Virus record (IMG/VR): IMGVR_UViG_3300028827_000129
Location: 64,001 to 128,000 of that record
Origin: a virus
Length of the DNA stretch: 64,000 nucleotides
Direction: 5' to 3' (one strand)
The position numbers were made by a program, and so were the translations under genes. The notes beneath the pieces were generated by a model. It made no database searches. It was given only the letters and a program-made list of their open reading frames with translations, and was not told the origin of the DNA. Shown here piece by piece: positions 44,850 to 55,700 of the stretch; positions within the stretch are counted from its first letter, which is position 1, and each line of letters opens with the position of its first letter.

Positions 44850-47800
44850 ATGCCTCAACCTACTCCTTTAATCCCTGTTGATCCTGAAGAAAGAAAAAAG
44901 AAAGGGATGCCGTGGGGGGCTGCTACTACAGCAGCCCTTATTGCTGGGCATGATCTAATAGAGATTCCTCTTATTAAGAGGTGGTTTTCTGCTAGATCTG
45001 GAATAAGGAGCTCAAGATTAACTTATCTTAATTTAGGTCTTTTTATAGCCCCCAATCAGCGTCCTGCTGGTATACAAAGTTTTAGAGATTTAACTGGCCG
45101 TTCAGAAGCTCTCGTTAAAGATGTTATTTATGAGGGCATAAGGCGACTAGAAGAGACTCCTACTAGAATTTTCCGCACTTTTGAATTATCTTCTTTATTT
45201 TCGACCATTGTATTTAGGGACACTAGCGGTGCAGTTGCTAGGTTTTCTGGAGAAGAAGCCTTAAAGTTACGTAAATATGTTACTCGTTTAGCCGGCAGAG
45301 ATATTGGAGTAGAAGAAATAGCTGGCGGCATGAGAGTTATTAAAGGCTCTTTATACGGAGTCAATGTCAATGGAGAAATAGGCAAAGAGCCACTCGTCAA
45401 ATTTGTAACATTCATGCAGCGCAAATGGACTCCGTATCATGAGAAAATTAAAGGAGCCAGGCAAGAAAGACTTTCTCATTACAGCAAATTAGCCAAAGAA
45501 TACGAGGCTATGATTGCTGGAGAGGACTTTGGCAGAATAGCTGCACACAGGGGCGAAAGCGACTTTTTACTTTTGGTAGGTGGACGTAATCGCTCTGAAA
45601 GTTCTATGCGCACAATCAATGCCTTTTTGAGAGTGCAAAGTAAGAAATTTTTTCATTTGCTTGACGATCCTTTTGAAGCTTTACAAGAGATTACAGGCGT
45701 TGTTAGCAAAAGGTTAGGTCGCGGTTCTCGTCTTTGGGAAAAAATAGGCATTAGGGGTAAATTAGGTCTAGCAGGTGATTATTCTGGGTCTCTAGCTGAA
45801 ATGTGGGCCAGATGGCTTTTGCCTGGCAAAGGTAAAATGGGATGGAGGCTTGGTGCAATTGGAAGCTTTGTAGCGCTGCCTTTTATTTATAAAATAGCAG
45901 AAGCGCATTTAAAGGTCCCTAACACCATTCTGGAGGAAGGCCCGACAGCAGCATTGGCCACCTTATATGCTAAGGGGGATATTTTAAGAGGTCAAGTTAG
46001 TGAAGCTTTAGGAATACAAAGCTTCATTGAAAAACAAGAAGAATTAGCGCCGGGATCTACAAAGGGCATAATGTCTTACTTAGCATTCCCTGCCTCGTTC
46101 GCTATGACGGGCGCTGTGGCCTCCGGAGCCCTTACCATGACCCATCGGTTAAGTAAGGGTATGTTAGGGGCTAGAGAGGAGGCTCAGGCCCTCAGAAGGC
46201 TTTCTGGGCCGCTAGGTAAGCTTATAAAGAAGAGTTTGCCGAGAGCTCATCGTTGGGCATATTACGGAGCTGCTATTGGAGCTATTGCTGCTGCTCCATT
46301 TGCTTTGGGTGCTGCCTTAGCGACAGTATTTGGACGCAAGCCAGTGCAGCAGCGAAAAGAAGAATATGCAGGAATTAGAGAAATACCAATCCGTAAAGGC
46401 AGATGGTGGGAAGCTGGAAGAACTCCTTATGAAGGCGGGCGCATTCTTACATATGCACCGCACTTTGTCGTAAGGGCCAGAACTCACGCTAAAGAGAAGG
46501 CATTGTATGGAGAGTACTGGGATAAACCGATTACTCGACTATTTAAATCTATAGTTGATCCTTATTGGCTTGAGCGTATGCATAATGAAGATAGACCATA
46601 TCCAATATGGGGGCCATCTGATCCAGGGTTAGGATTTTTGGGTACAATATGGCAGCATACATTAGGGGCTCTATTCAAGCCGCCAGTTTATGTAAATCAG
46701 GACAAGTATATTACTGAATCAGGAGAATATATCGATAGAGACACTAATTTAAAATATGAACCATCCTATCGTTTAGGTGGAGAATTACCAGATATGCCTG
46801 AGCCTAAGACTGGCTGGAAATATGCACTCTCAGAGATAAAGAGAAGGCTAGCTGATACATTTGGATTGACTGGTTTTGCCTTAGAGTCTGTAGAAGAGAA
46901 AATGACTGGCAGCACAGACCTATTTGAAGATAAAAGGTTTTTAGCTTCTTCTGCAGAACTAGATTCAACAGCTGCAGATTTCTGGGGATTGCACCTTGGC
47001 GGAGGTCTTACAACAACTGAAGCATTACGTAGGATCTATTTTAAAGAACGTCCTAATATAGAAGTTGTTAATCCTGCTGAAAACAATATGCCATCATGGC
47101 TGCCAGGTGACGATTATATGGTTAATTTCCATACTGGAAATCCTTATACAAAAATCCCTATGGGTGAATATGTTTTGCCAGGACCAGCATATGAGGAACT
47201 TCACCCAGAGTTAAAAGGTGTCCCTTATGAAGACTACCCGCTAATCCATAAATTGAATATTCTTAAGAATGTAGCTGTTTATAGTAAAGAATTTACTGAA
47301 TATGCAAAGACGGCTAAACGTATTATAGCTGAAGGGAAAGAGGACCAGGCATATATAGAGCAGCTTAATAGTATTTTGGAGCAAGCTGCTCAAATGAAAA
47401 AACTTGAAGTGCAAGAGATCCCTGATGATAATATTATATCTTCTTATTGGAGTCTTTTAAATGAATCTGCTGCTAACCCTACAGAATATTTAACTCCTAT
47501 TGCCCCTATTCATAAATTTGTCCATACAATGGGGCCTATAGATACATATAGAGATACGCAGATTCTTTCAAGTGAAGTTACTTTGTGGAATAAGCCTTAT
47601 GAGCATTTTATAAAGCCTGCTATTAGACATTTGTTTGGTGTAGCATATGATGATTATGTTCCTAAAGAAGTAAGAGAAAGGCAGAATTTATCTGATTATT
47701 TTGAAGCTTTAAAATATATCAAATATAAAAATCTTCTTAACATTGCTAAAGAACGTGGGCTGCCAAGTTACTTATATGAAAGAAGAGTAAAATCTAATTT

Positions 47801-48395
47801 ATTTGGCATTAGCTCTGCATCAAGAGAAGATGATTTATATTATGCATTACCAAGGATTGATAAAAAATTCTTTGAATTTTTTATCAATGCGGAAGGGGAA
47901 GAACGCGAGGAGATCAGTAATTTAGTTTCTCCCATGATAGCTAGGGCCTATAATATATTTTGGGCAAAGCATGATGGAAAATCTTCGTATATTCCGGCAT
48001 TTACAGCATCTGACGTAGAAGAATATTTGGAAGATAAACCGATTCCTGGACCTAATTGGATAGGCTGGGACAGTGATGTAGATTTAGAAGATATAAAACT
48101 AAAGCTTCTAGAAAGAAATTTTGAAGATTTTACGGAGTATGACATTTGGGGGGACCAGATTAGAGCATCTAAAAGGAAGCCTTATTTAGAAAGGGCTTTA
48201 GATGAGTTTAATGTCAAGAGGTCGAAAGCAGAAGTAAAGAAGCAAATAGAACAAATGTTATATGGCAATGGTTTAGAAAATGTAGAAGTTTTAGTCGATG
48301 ATTATACTGGGGAAAATGTTATATTTTTTGAAGGGAAGGATTCTCAAGAAAAGTACCTGAGATCGCAGATGAGAGATATGGGATTTTTTAGTTAA
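44850..48395 (+). CDS. large virion protein at the tape-measure position (1181 aa)
   Basis: Follows the chaperones; several Gly/Ala hydrophobic segments. Confidence 0.6.
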   Translation: MPQPTPLIPVDPEERKKKGMPWGAATTAALIAGHDLIEIPLIKRWFSARSGIRSSRLTYLNLGLFIAPNQRPAGIQSFRDLTGRSEALVKDVIYEGIRRLEETPTRIFRTFELSSLFSTIVFRDTSGAVARFSGEEALKLRKYVTRLAGRDIGVEEIAGGMRVIKGSLYGVNVNGEIGKEPLVKFVTFMQRKWTPYHEKIKGARQERLSHYSKLAKEYEAMIAGEDFGRIAAHRGESDFLLLVGGRNRSESSMRTINAFLRVQSKKFFHLLDDPFEALQEITGVVSKRLGRGSRLWEKIGIRGKLGLAGDYSGSLAEMWARWLLPGKGKMGWRLGAIGSFVALPFIYKIAEAHLKVPNTILEEGPTAALATLYAKGDILRGQVSEALGIQSFIEKQEELAPGSTKGIMSYLAFPASFAMTGAVASGALTMTHRLSKGMLGAREEAQALRRLSGPLGKLIKKSLPRAHRWAYYGAAIGAIAAAPFALGAALATVFGRKPVQQRKEEYAGIREIPIRKGRWWEAGRTPYEGGRILTYAPHFVVRARTHAKEKALYGEYWDKPITRLFKSIVDPYWLERMHNEDRPYPIWGPSDPGLGFLGTIWQHTLGALFKPPVYVNQDKYITESGEYIDRDTNLKYEPSYRLGGELPDMPEPKTGWKYALSEIKRRLADTFGLTGFALESVEEKMTGSTDLFEDKRFLASSAELDSTAADFWGLHLGGGLTTTEALRRIYFKERPNIEVVNPAENNMPSWLPGDDYMVNFHTGNPYTKIPMGEYVLPGPAYEELHPELKGVPYEDYPLIHKLNILKNVAVYSKEFTEYAKTAKRIIAEGKEDQAYIEQLNSILEQAAQMKKLEVQEIPDDNIISSYWSLLNESAANPTEYLTPIAPIHKFVHTMGPIDTYRDTQILSSEVTLWNKPYEHFIKPAIRHLFGVAYDDYVPKEVRERQNLSDYFEALKYIKYKNLLNIAKERGLPSYLYERRVKSNLFGISSASREDDLYYALPRIDKKFFEFFINAEGEEREEISNLVSPMIARAYNIFWAKHDGKSSYIPAFTASDVEEYLEDKPIPGPNWIGWDSDVDLEDIKLKLLERNFEDFTEYDIWGDQIRASKRKPYLERALDEFNVKRSKAEVKKQIEQMLYGNGLENVEVLVDDYTGENVIFFEGKDSQEKYLRSQMRDMGFFS

Positions 48396-48397
48396 TC

Positions 48398-51300
48398 ATG
48401 ACTGAAAATAATGACTCTGGGCTAAGAAGTAGAATTCGTAATACTGCTGTTTTAGGTGCTGCTGTTGGCGGCAGTTGGCTTAGCTTGCAGTATCTTGCCA
48501 CAAGAGGGGTACATCTTGGCAGAGCTTCAGTCGCTAGCAAAAGTGCAAAGAAAATTAAGACAGCTGTAGAAAGCTTTGATGCTAAAAAGGCCTCTGAAGA
48601 GATCTTAGCGCTTTTAGAGCACCCAGATTTGTTTGAGTATCAAAAAACTGCTGCTCATGCAGCAGCTATCAGCATGGCCAAAAAACGATCTGGTGTTGTG
48701 CGAGAGTTTTCTACATTATCTGACGCTATAGCTTATGGCGAAACTAATGTTTCATTCCAGAAAAACTTGTTAAGTGCTTCAAGAGAATTAGAGAAGACGT
48801 TATTTGAAGAAGTAAGACATAGGGAAAAGTATTTAAAATCTCCTTTACGTTTCGCTACTACAGATTATATTTCTAAGCCGTTAGTAAAGCAATCTTCTGG
48901 ATTTTATCTTTTTGCCGAAAGGCGCGGATCTTGGTTTAACGATATAACTAAAGCTATTTCAGATATACCAGGGCTTAAGAATAGACAGGATATTAGCGCT
49001 TTAGCGCAAAGTATGGCGGATGTTGCAGCTTCTATAGCTGGCACGAGTAATATTTCTGTAAAGTTTTATGCTGCTGATATGCTGCACGGTGGTCAGATAC
49101 AGAGAGAAATTATTGGTGTCGGGTTTCTCAGAAATAATACCAATGAAGCATATTTTCCTATTTTAACTGCTAGCAATAAATATGTTGTTGGTAGAAACCA
49201 AACAACTATATATGCTCCCAAGCGTGTAGTAGTAGACCCAGATATGTTTGTAGAAACTCTTGGGGCTAAAGGACATGTAGGTTTAGACGTGTACCACATG
49301 TCTAAGTTTGTCGAACAATATAAGACTAATACCAATATAAACAAGCTCGCGCGAAGCACTCAATTAGATGTAATGAGGCATGCTGTTTATTCTGATGATT
49401 ATGGTAGATTTAAGCCTTCTTTTACAAGAAATAGTGTACGTGACGTTATAAGGTCGTCAGGATTTGTTTTCCCGACAATTTCACAGACTGCCTTTATTCA
49501 AAAAGCTGAGGAGTTAATAGAGAGGGGGGTTGACATTGGCGGGATTCCTGGTCAGCATATTGCTAAAAATACGTTATTCTTAAATTTGAATAAATATTAT
49601 ATGTTTGGTGATACTGGCGATCGTGATAAGTTCATGCGAATGATAACGCGCGATGTATCTTTTGACCCAGGTCGAGCTCAGAGGCTAATGCAGCATGGAG
49701 TAGATATGAGACCTATTGTCATGTCTGCTGATTTAGCTAATTTGATGAAGCAAGAAAATGATTTTTTGCCTCGGTTTACTAGACTTGGGGTTTCTGAAGA
49801 TAGATTAAGGGAACTTTTAAAGAGACATGGGCTTGAAGACTTTATGCCCACTGAAGATGAGTTTATTGCTCCGCAAAGTATTAGAGGTCGCTATATTGCC
49901 GAATCTGCTGGTACATACACTCTTTCTTCTGATACGCCGATTAGAGAAGAGCTTATTAAGGTAGCGAAGGGAGAGCAGAGCGGCGATATCTTCTTGCATG
50001 AAGGTGCTTTTCTTGGGGTTTCTCCGGAGGGTCGGGCTGTCACAACTAAAACAGCTGGAGAAAAAATAGAGAGCGTTGTCATGAATGACGACGGGACTGT
50101 TAAGATAGTGACGCGTAGAAAAAATGTTGGTACAGATATAAAGTTTTATGGGATGAATACCAAGCTTACTGGAGGCCACCAGGGCTTTATATCTAACAAG
50201 AAGTTTCGCGCTTTAGTTAAAGATATTTTAAGGGAAGATGTCGGCATAGAAAGTGGCCATGTTATATCTAGATTAGCCAGAAACATAGAGGGTATTTCTA
50301 TAGGTGCCCCTAAATCATCGTATGGTCATGCCCAAGTTGAAATGCGTCTTGCTAATATACTGAGGATAATGGAGACGTCTGAATTGAGCAAAGAACAGTT
50401 TGAGCATGTTAGCAGACAGTTATATGCCCTTGGGATTAAGGCTTCAAGTGACAACTTAGTTTCTAAGTATGTTGTTGAGAATAGTAGGCTTAATACAGAC
50501 CAGATAGCGCAACGCCTAAATGCGATTGAATCGTCCTTAGAAGAATATACAGGCATTAAAATGGCTAAATTAAGTAATGTTCTTTTCCATGATATTGTCA
50601 CACGCGGCGAACATCTTGTTTTGCAGGGCGCTGGTAAGCGTGCTACTCTTAGTAGGCAGACTCAGGCTGTCTTAGACACTCTAGCAAGAGACGAAGAGCT
50701 GGGGCAATATTATGCTGCTATTAAAGAAGATGTAGCATCTAGGATGAACCTTAAACCTGAGAATTTGCGTGAGGTAGCAAAATCTTATTTAGCTGTGGAT
50801 CGCATAGATGCTACTCCTGTGACGAGCGCTTATGAAAAGTATAAAAAAATGTTTGGTGGCGATATTGATGAATTTTTAGACTATATTTATGATCAGGATA
50901 TAGATGTAAGGCGCGAAAATTTGGCGGCGTTAGGTATTAAGGATGAAATGATTGGCCTTGGCACTACGCTAAGGACAGAAACAGGTGTATCATTATCGGC
51001 CCTTAGAATTAGTACAGATCCATCAGGGTATACTGGAATGATGTCGATAAGTAGCGGCCGTCCGTTTCATAAGTCTCTCGATAAGGCTGGTAGATCTTTG
51101 TTGAGGGCTGTACTTGTCGAAGGTGTTGAGGGCGAAATGCCATTTGCTGTAGAAGAGGCATTAACTAATTATATTGATGAGCTAACGAATGTAGCTGGCA
51201 AGAATTTGTTAAAAAGTGCTTATTCAGGGAAAGTGTTTGGGTCTGCGTTACTGAAGGCAGCTGGCTATAGAGGAGGCCGTATAGAAGGGTTTAATCAGGA

Positions 51301-52789
51301 TTATGCGATTATTGTACATAGAGATATTTACCGTAAAATGCTTGAAGATATGGGGCTGCAAAGGGGTGAAATAGCGAGGAGGCTTAAGCAAGCTTCTAAG
51401 ACTGGGGATTACGCGTTGTTAACAAAAGACCCTACATGGGGAAGGATGAAAACTCCAGTTGTTAGAGTTTATACAAATAAGGCTGCAGGCCTTAAAAAGA
51501 TGTCGAAGCATAATGTATTGGTCAGCGAACGCATATTAGGGTTAATTGAATCAGAAGTGCCAGTAGGGACACATATTGATACAGACGGTGACATTTTAAA
51601 TATTTTGCCGTTAAAAACTGCAACATCAAGAAATGCTGCAAAGGTATTACTTGGTCAAAAAGGTCAAGGTAAGCTGTTTGAAATGATGGATGAATTCTAT
51701 AAAAACATTCATGTTTCTACATTTGATGCTAAAAAGAGCGTGCAGTATTTTGATCCTGAAACTGGCCTGGTAAGGAAGGAAATTTTAAAAGGGCAGTTTA
51801 GAAAAGCATTAATGTCAAAGTCTGAAGTTGGTAAGATTACAAACAAAATTGAGCTATTAAGGGCGTCATTATTAAATTCTCCTTCTGTAACGCCGAGACA
51901 ACTTAGTTTGCTTGATGCTTGGTCAACCGAAATGATTGAGCGCGGTATTCTTGCTAAGCATATTTCACCTGAAGAGATTAGTAAGTACAATATTTTAAAC
52001 GACCTAGAGTCTGCTGTTGAATCTTATAGAGACCCAGATCAGGCATTTAAGCATTTAGTTTCTGCTACTCGCAAGGTGTACAATATCGCAGATATGCCAG
52101 AAGAGACAATTAGAAGTGCTTCTGTCATTAAAGATGCGAAAGGCAAATTGTTTAATATGGCTGCCTATAGAGAGCAAGAGGTAATGCTCAGAGAGATGGC
52201 TAAGCAGATGGTTGCGTTTAAGAGTTCCGCTGAATACAGAGCATTAGAAGAAGTGCATAGCTTAGCTGGCAGTAATTTTAAGAGTAAGCAAAGATTTTTT
52301 GAGAGAGTTGCTGATCTATCTGATACATCTTCTGTTGGCGCTAGGGCAAGAGCTTTTGTTGGCATTCCTGAAGAAGGTGTTGGGGCGGCAAAGAAAGTCA
52401 CGAAAGCCTTAGAAAAAGAAGCTGGCCTTTTTCAAGGTATAGCTATTTCTACTTTGCGCAAGTATAAGCGGCCTATAGGATTGGCTGTTGGTGTTTTGGC
52501 TGGTTTAGGAATGATGATGTCTAAACCAAGCGATTTAGATATAGATACTTTACAAACAGAACACGCTGAGCCTATGCCTGCTAAAGTTCCTATGGGTGGG
52601 CATAATCTACCTGTTGGACAACGTAACGGATATAAGATACGCATTCGTGCCAAAGGGGATGGGCATGATTTTGGTCATTTAGGTAGAAAAGCTGCAGATA
52701 TTGCAGGTGGTGGGAGAGTTCATGTCTCCGTAAGTGATACAAGAAGAAAACTTTATAAAGAAGATTTAGAGAAGCTTATTTATGCATAA
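48398..52789 (+). CDS. single-chain two-barrel (DPBB) RNA polymerase, probably virion-packaged
   Basis: beta-like TEDEFIAP and VKIVTRRKNVGTDIKFYGMNTK; beta'-like GKVFGS, LLTKDPT, HIDTDGDILNILPL; KSEVGKIT; ERGILAKH. Confidence 0.75.
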   Translation: MTENNDSGLRSRIRNTAVLGAAVGGSWLSLQYLATRGVHLGRASVASKSAKKIKTAVESFDAKKASEEILALLEHPDLFEYQKTAAHAAAISMAKKRSGVVREFSTLSDAIAYGETNVSFQKNLLSASRELEKTLFEEVRHREKYLKSPLRFATTDYISKPLVKQSSGFYLFAERRGSWFNDITKAISDIPGLKNRQDISALAQSMADVAASIAGTSNISVKFYAADMLHGGQIQREIIGVGFLRNNTNEAYFPILTASNKYVVGRNQTTIYAPKRVVVDPDMFVETLGAKGHVGLDVYHMSKFVEQYKTNTNINKLARSTQLDVMRHAVYSDDYGRFKPSFTRNSVRDVIRSSGFVFPTISQTAFIQKAEELIERGVDIGGIPGQHIAKNTLFLNLNKYYMFGDTGDRDKFMRMITRDVSFDPGRAQRLMQHGVDMRPIVMSADLANLMKQENDFLPRFTRLGVSEDRLRELLKRHGLEDFMPTEDEFIAPQSIRGRYIAESAGTYTLSSDTPIREELIKVAKGEQSGDIFLHEGAFLGVSPEGRAVTTKTAGEKIESVVMNDDGTVKIVTRRKNVGTDIKFYGMNTKLTGGHQGFISNKKFRALVKDILREDVGIESGHVISRLARNIEGISIGAPKSSYGHAQVEMRLANILRIMETSELSKEQFEHVSRQLYALGIKASSDNLVSKYVVENSRLNTDQIAQRLNAIESSLEEYTGIKMAKLSNVLFHDIVTRGEHLVLQGAGKRATLSRQTQAVLDTLARDEELGQYYAAIKEDVASRMNLKPENLREVAKSYLAVDRIDATPVTSAYEKYKKMFGGDIDEFLDYIYDQDIDVRRENLAALGIKDEMIGLGTTLRTETGVSLSALRISTDPSGYTGMMSISSGRPFHKSLDKAGRSLLRAVLVEGVEGEMPFAVEEALTNYIDELTNVAGKNLLKSAYSGKVFGSALLKAAGYRGGRIEGFNQDYAIIVHRDIYRKMLEDMGLQRGEIARRLKQASKTGDYALLTKDPTWGRMKTPVVRVYTNKAAGLKKMSKHNVLVSERILGLIESEVPVGTHIDTDGDILNILPLKTATSRNAAKVLLGQKGQGKLFEMMDEFYKNIHVSTFDAKKSVQYFDPETGLVRKEILKGQFRKALMSKSEVGKITNKIELLRASLLNSPSVTPRQLSLLDAWSTEMIERGILAKHISPEEISKYNILNDLESAVESYRDPDQAFKHLVSATRKVYNIADMPEETIRSASVIKDAKGKLFNMAAYREQEVMLREMAKQMVAFKSSAEYRALEEVHSLAGSNFKSKQRFFERVADLSDTSSVGARARAFVGIPEEGVGAAKKVTKALEKEAGLFQGIAISTLRKYKRPIGLAVGVLAGLGMMMSKPSDLDIDTLQTEHAEPMPAKVPMGGHNLPVGQRNGYKIRIRAKGDGHDFGHLGRKAADIAGGGRVHVSVSDTRRKLYKEDLEKLIYA

Positions 52790-55700
52790 TAACTACTTCA
52801 AAATAAACGATATTGAATTAGCAGTTTCACCGTCCAATATTCGTGTAGATAAAAGTACAAAGAATATAAAAATTCCCATTGTACGCGAGTCAGAAGCGGT
52901 AAAGAACCGTAGTGGACACGGTGACATAAACGTGTCTTTTGATGTAATATTTTCATACAACGAAAATATTACATCATCATCTAAACATAATGACATCAAG
53001 AATGACTTATTGAAGATAGTAGCTCAGCTACAGTTAACTCCATTTTTCATAGTAGAAAATGAATTTGTTACTAAATCTATAAAGCCAGAGTACCAAGATT
53101 CAGAGCCTTTAATGTTGGTGCTCAATAATATGTCTATCTCTACTTCTCCTGAGTTACACAATTCCATCATTGCCCAATTTAATTGTTTTTATGTAGAGCA
53201 TTCTGCATTTACTCCATTTTTGTTTTTCAAAAGAACGGAGACATCTGGGGCGGATGAGAAGCCAGTAAAAATCAGCGAAAGTGGGGCATGGAAGGCATTT
53301 TACAAACCGTATTGGGATCGATTGAGAAGTATGGCTCCGTCATCCTTTAATGGGAGTTGTCATTTTCTTTTTCCTGTATTAATAAACGAGGATGGTAATG
53401 TAACTTTTGGCACAACAGGGTTTGATATCGATGGGACACAGGTCCCGGTGTCTGTTACTGTGAATTTCTATAATCGCCTAGCAGTAATGCCTTTTATAGG
53501 TCTTGAATATCCAGCTTATCAGTACATGGGTGGATCAGATAGAGAGGTTTTTATAACAATTGAAGATGTTAGTGGGCGAGACCAAAAGTTTAAAGACTTG
53601 CTTAAGTTGTTACAGCATTTTAATCAACTTGCTATAAATGATAGACAAACAGCTGGCAATGATGCAATAGTTGTAAAAAATGATATTCTAAATATGCTTG
53701 GAATAGAAGAGGTTATTTGTGAAAGCGTTTCAGTAGAGACTCATCCGTCTGAACCAGAGACTTCAATCATTAATTTACATTTATTGTCTCATAACATAGA
53801 TAAAGTAAAAGAAGCAGAAAGTCTCGAACGCGAAGAATATAATACTGTTGAGTCATTAGTTGAAGAGATTATAGATAACTTCATTAATTATACAGACGCA
53901 TCTATTGTAAGGCGTAAAGTGACAGATTCTGTATATGATGATACGTTTTTGTTAAATTATGATTTTGAAAGAAGTGTTTTTGTGATGACATCTGGCATAC
54001 CAGATTTGCCAGCTCCATTAGACTCATTATTTGAAGATTTTAAGAAGACTTTATCAAACATATATTCAGGATCTATAGTTTATAAATTGCGTGATGATTT
54101 TTATGATTTTATGAATCATGTTGACGACGCTGTTTTTGGGATTAAGACTAAATTAGGCGTTGGTCCTTCTATTTATAAAAATAAAGATAATGAAGCAAAT
54201 AGTGCGGCAAGACGTGTTCTTACTGATTTTGCCTTTAAGGCATTTCATGTTTTGAAGGATTACCCAGATGCTTATCCTGAAATGAAAATTATAGCAGAGA
54301 AAGTCGACTATGAACTGAAGCATGGGATGAGAAAAAATGTCCAGCCGTGCTATCCTGATATAGTCCCAGATGATATCAATAAAAACCCAGACGATTACTT
54401 TTTTTACAGTGGTTCGCTGAAAGAAATAATTAAAGAAGCGAAATTGTTTGGTGCAGATGCTATTTCTAAAACATTTGATGCAGTTGAAGACTTTACTGAC
54501 AAGAATGGCATCCACTGGGATTTTTCTGGTCTTTCTAGTGGTGACAAGGCGTCGATTAATAATATTAAGAGTTCATTAAGCGGCGATGGCGTAACAATTA
54601 CAGATGGTAGGCCGGCTGAATTTATTTCTAAGCATAAGAATCAGGGTAGATTTACAAAAACTTCCATTGTCGATAAGGAGTTATTCCTTGACGGCTATAA
54701 TGACACATCTATGTCATTAAAAGCTGAAATGAATGCTACCCATCGATTCGATAAGGCTTCATTTAAATCACAGTTTGAATTAATTGATTTCCCGGATGAT
54801 TTTATGACCTTTAGAAAGGCATACCCAACATTTCGTTTATATTTTATTGAAGAATATTCTCAAAAAACAAGAATGCGTAAATTAGACGATAAGTTTGTCT
54901 ATAGAGCAATAAAAGAAATTAGAGTTATAAGATCTAGGAAAAACCCGATAGATACTGCAATTATCCAATTGAGTAATGTAGATGGATCATTTTATATTAG
55001 AAATTTTAAGCGCAATGACCTAAAGGGTACATATGCAAAAGAGCTTGTCCGTGGGAAATATGACTATAGAGGGCATGACGTTTATTCATCCGACAATAAA
55101 AAAGACAATTTATTAGATGAAAAGCCTATCTTCCAAGAGGGTTCTGTAATCCAGATACGATTGGGATATGATAACAACCCAGATAAATTGACTACGGTTT
55201 TAAATGGCAAAATAACAGAAATAGACGGTGACGGGTTTGGTATTATTACGATTGTTGTTCAAAGTTTTGGGTATGAACTCTTGGAAGATACTTGGGGGAC
55301 TCCTGGCGATGGCATGAGTCTTGGCGGATGGTTTAATAATACAACTCCTTCTATTATCACGGAGATTTTGAGCAGTCCTTCTATTACACACTTTGGCAGG
55401 TGGACTTATGGATATACTAAAGAAGTAGATCCTGATGAAATTGAGCGTAAAGCAAGGCATTCTATGTTGCCGAACTTTATCGTAAGGCATATTTACAGAT
55501 GGATCGATACGCCCAAGGATGACAATATCTTCGCTCCTTATGAAAGCTTTTATCGTAAGTATATAGAAGATTTTGCTATATTGCGTGGTTGGAAAGATTA
55601 TTATTCATATGGATATACAACTTGGGATATATTGAAAGACATGGAGCGTAGGTGGCCTGGGTATGTATGTCAGCCAGTACCTTATGAAAACAGAATGACA

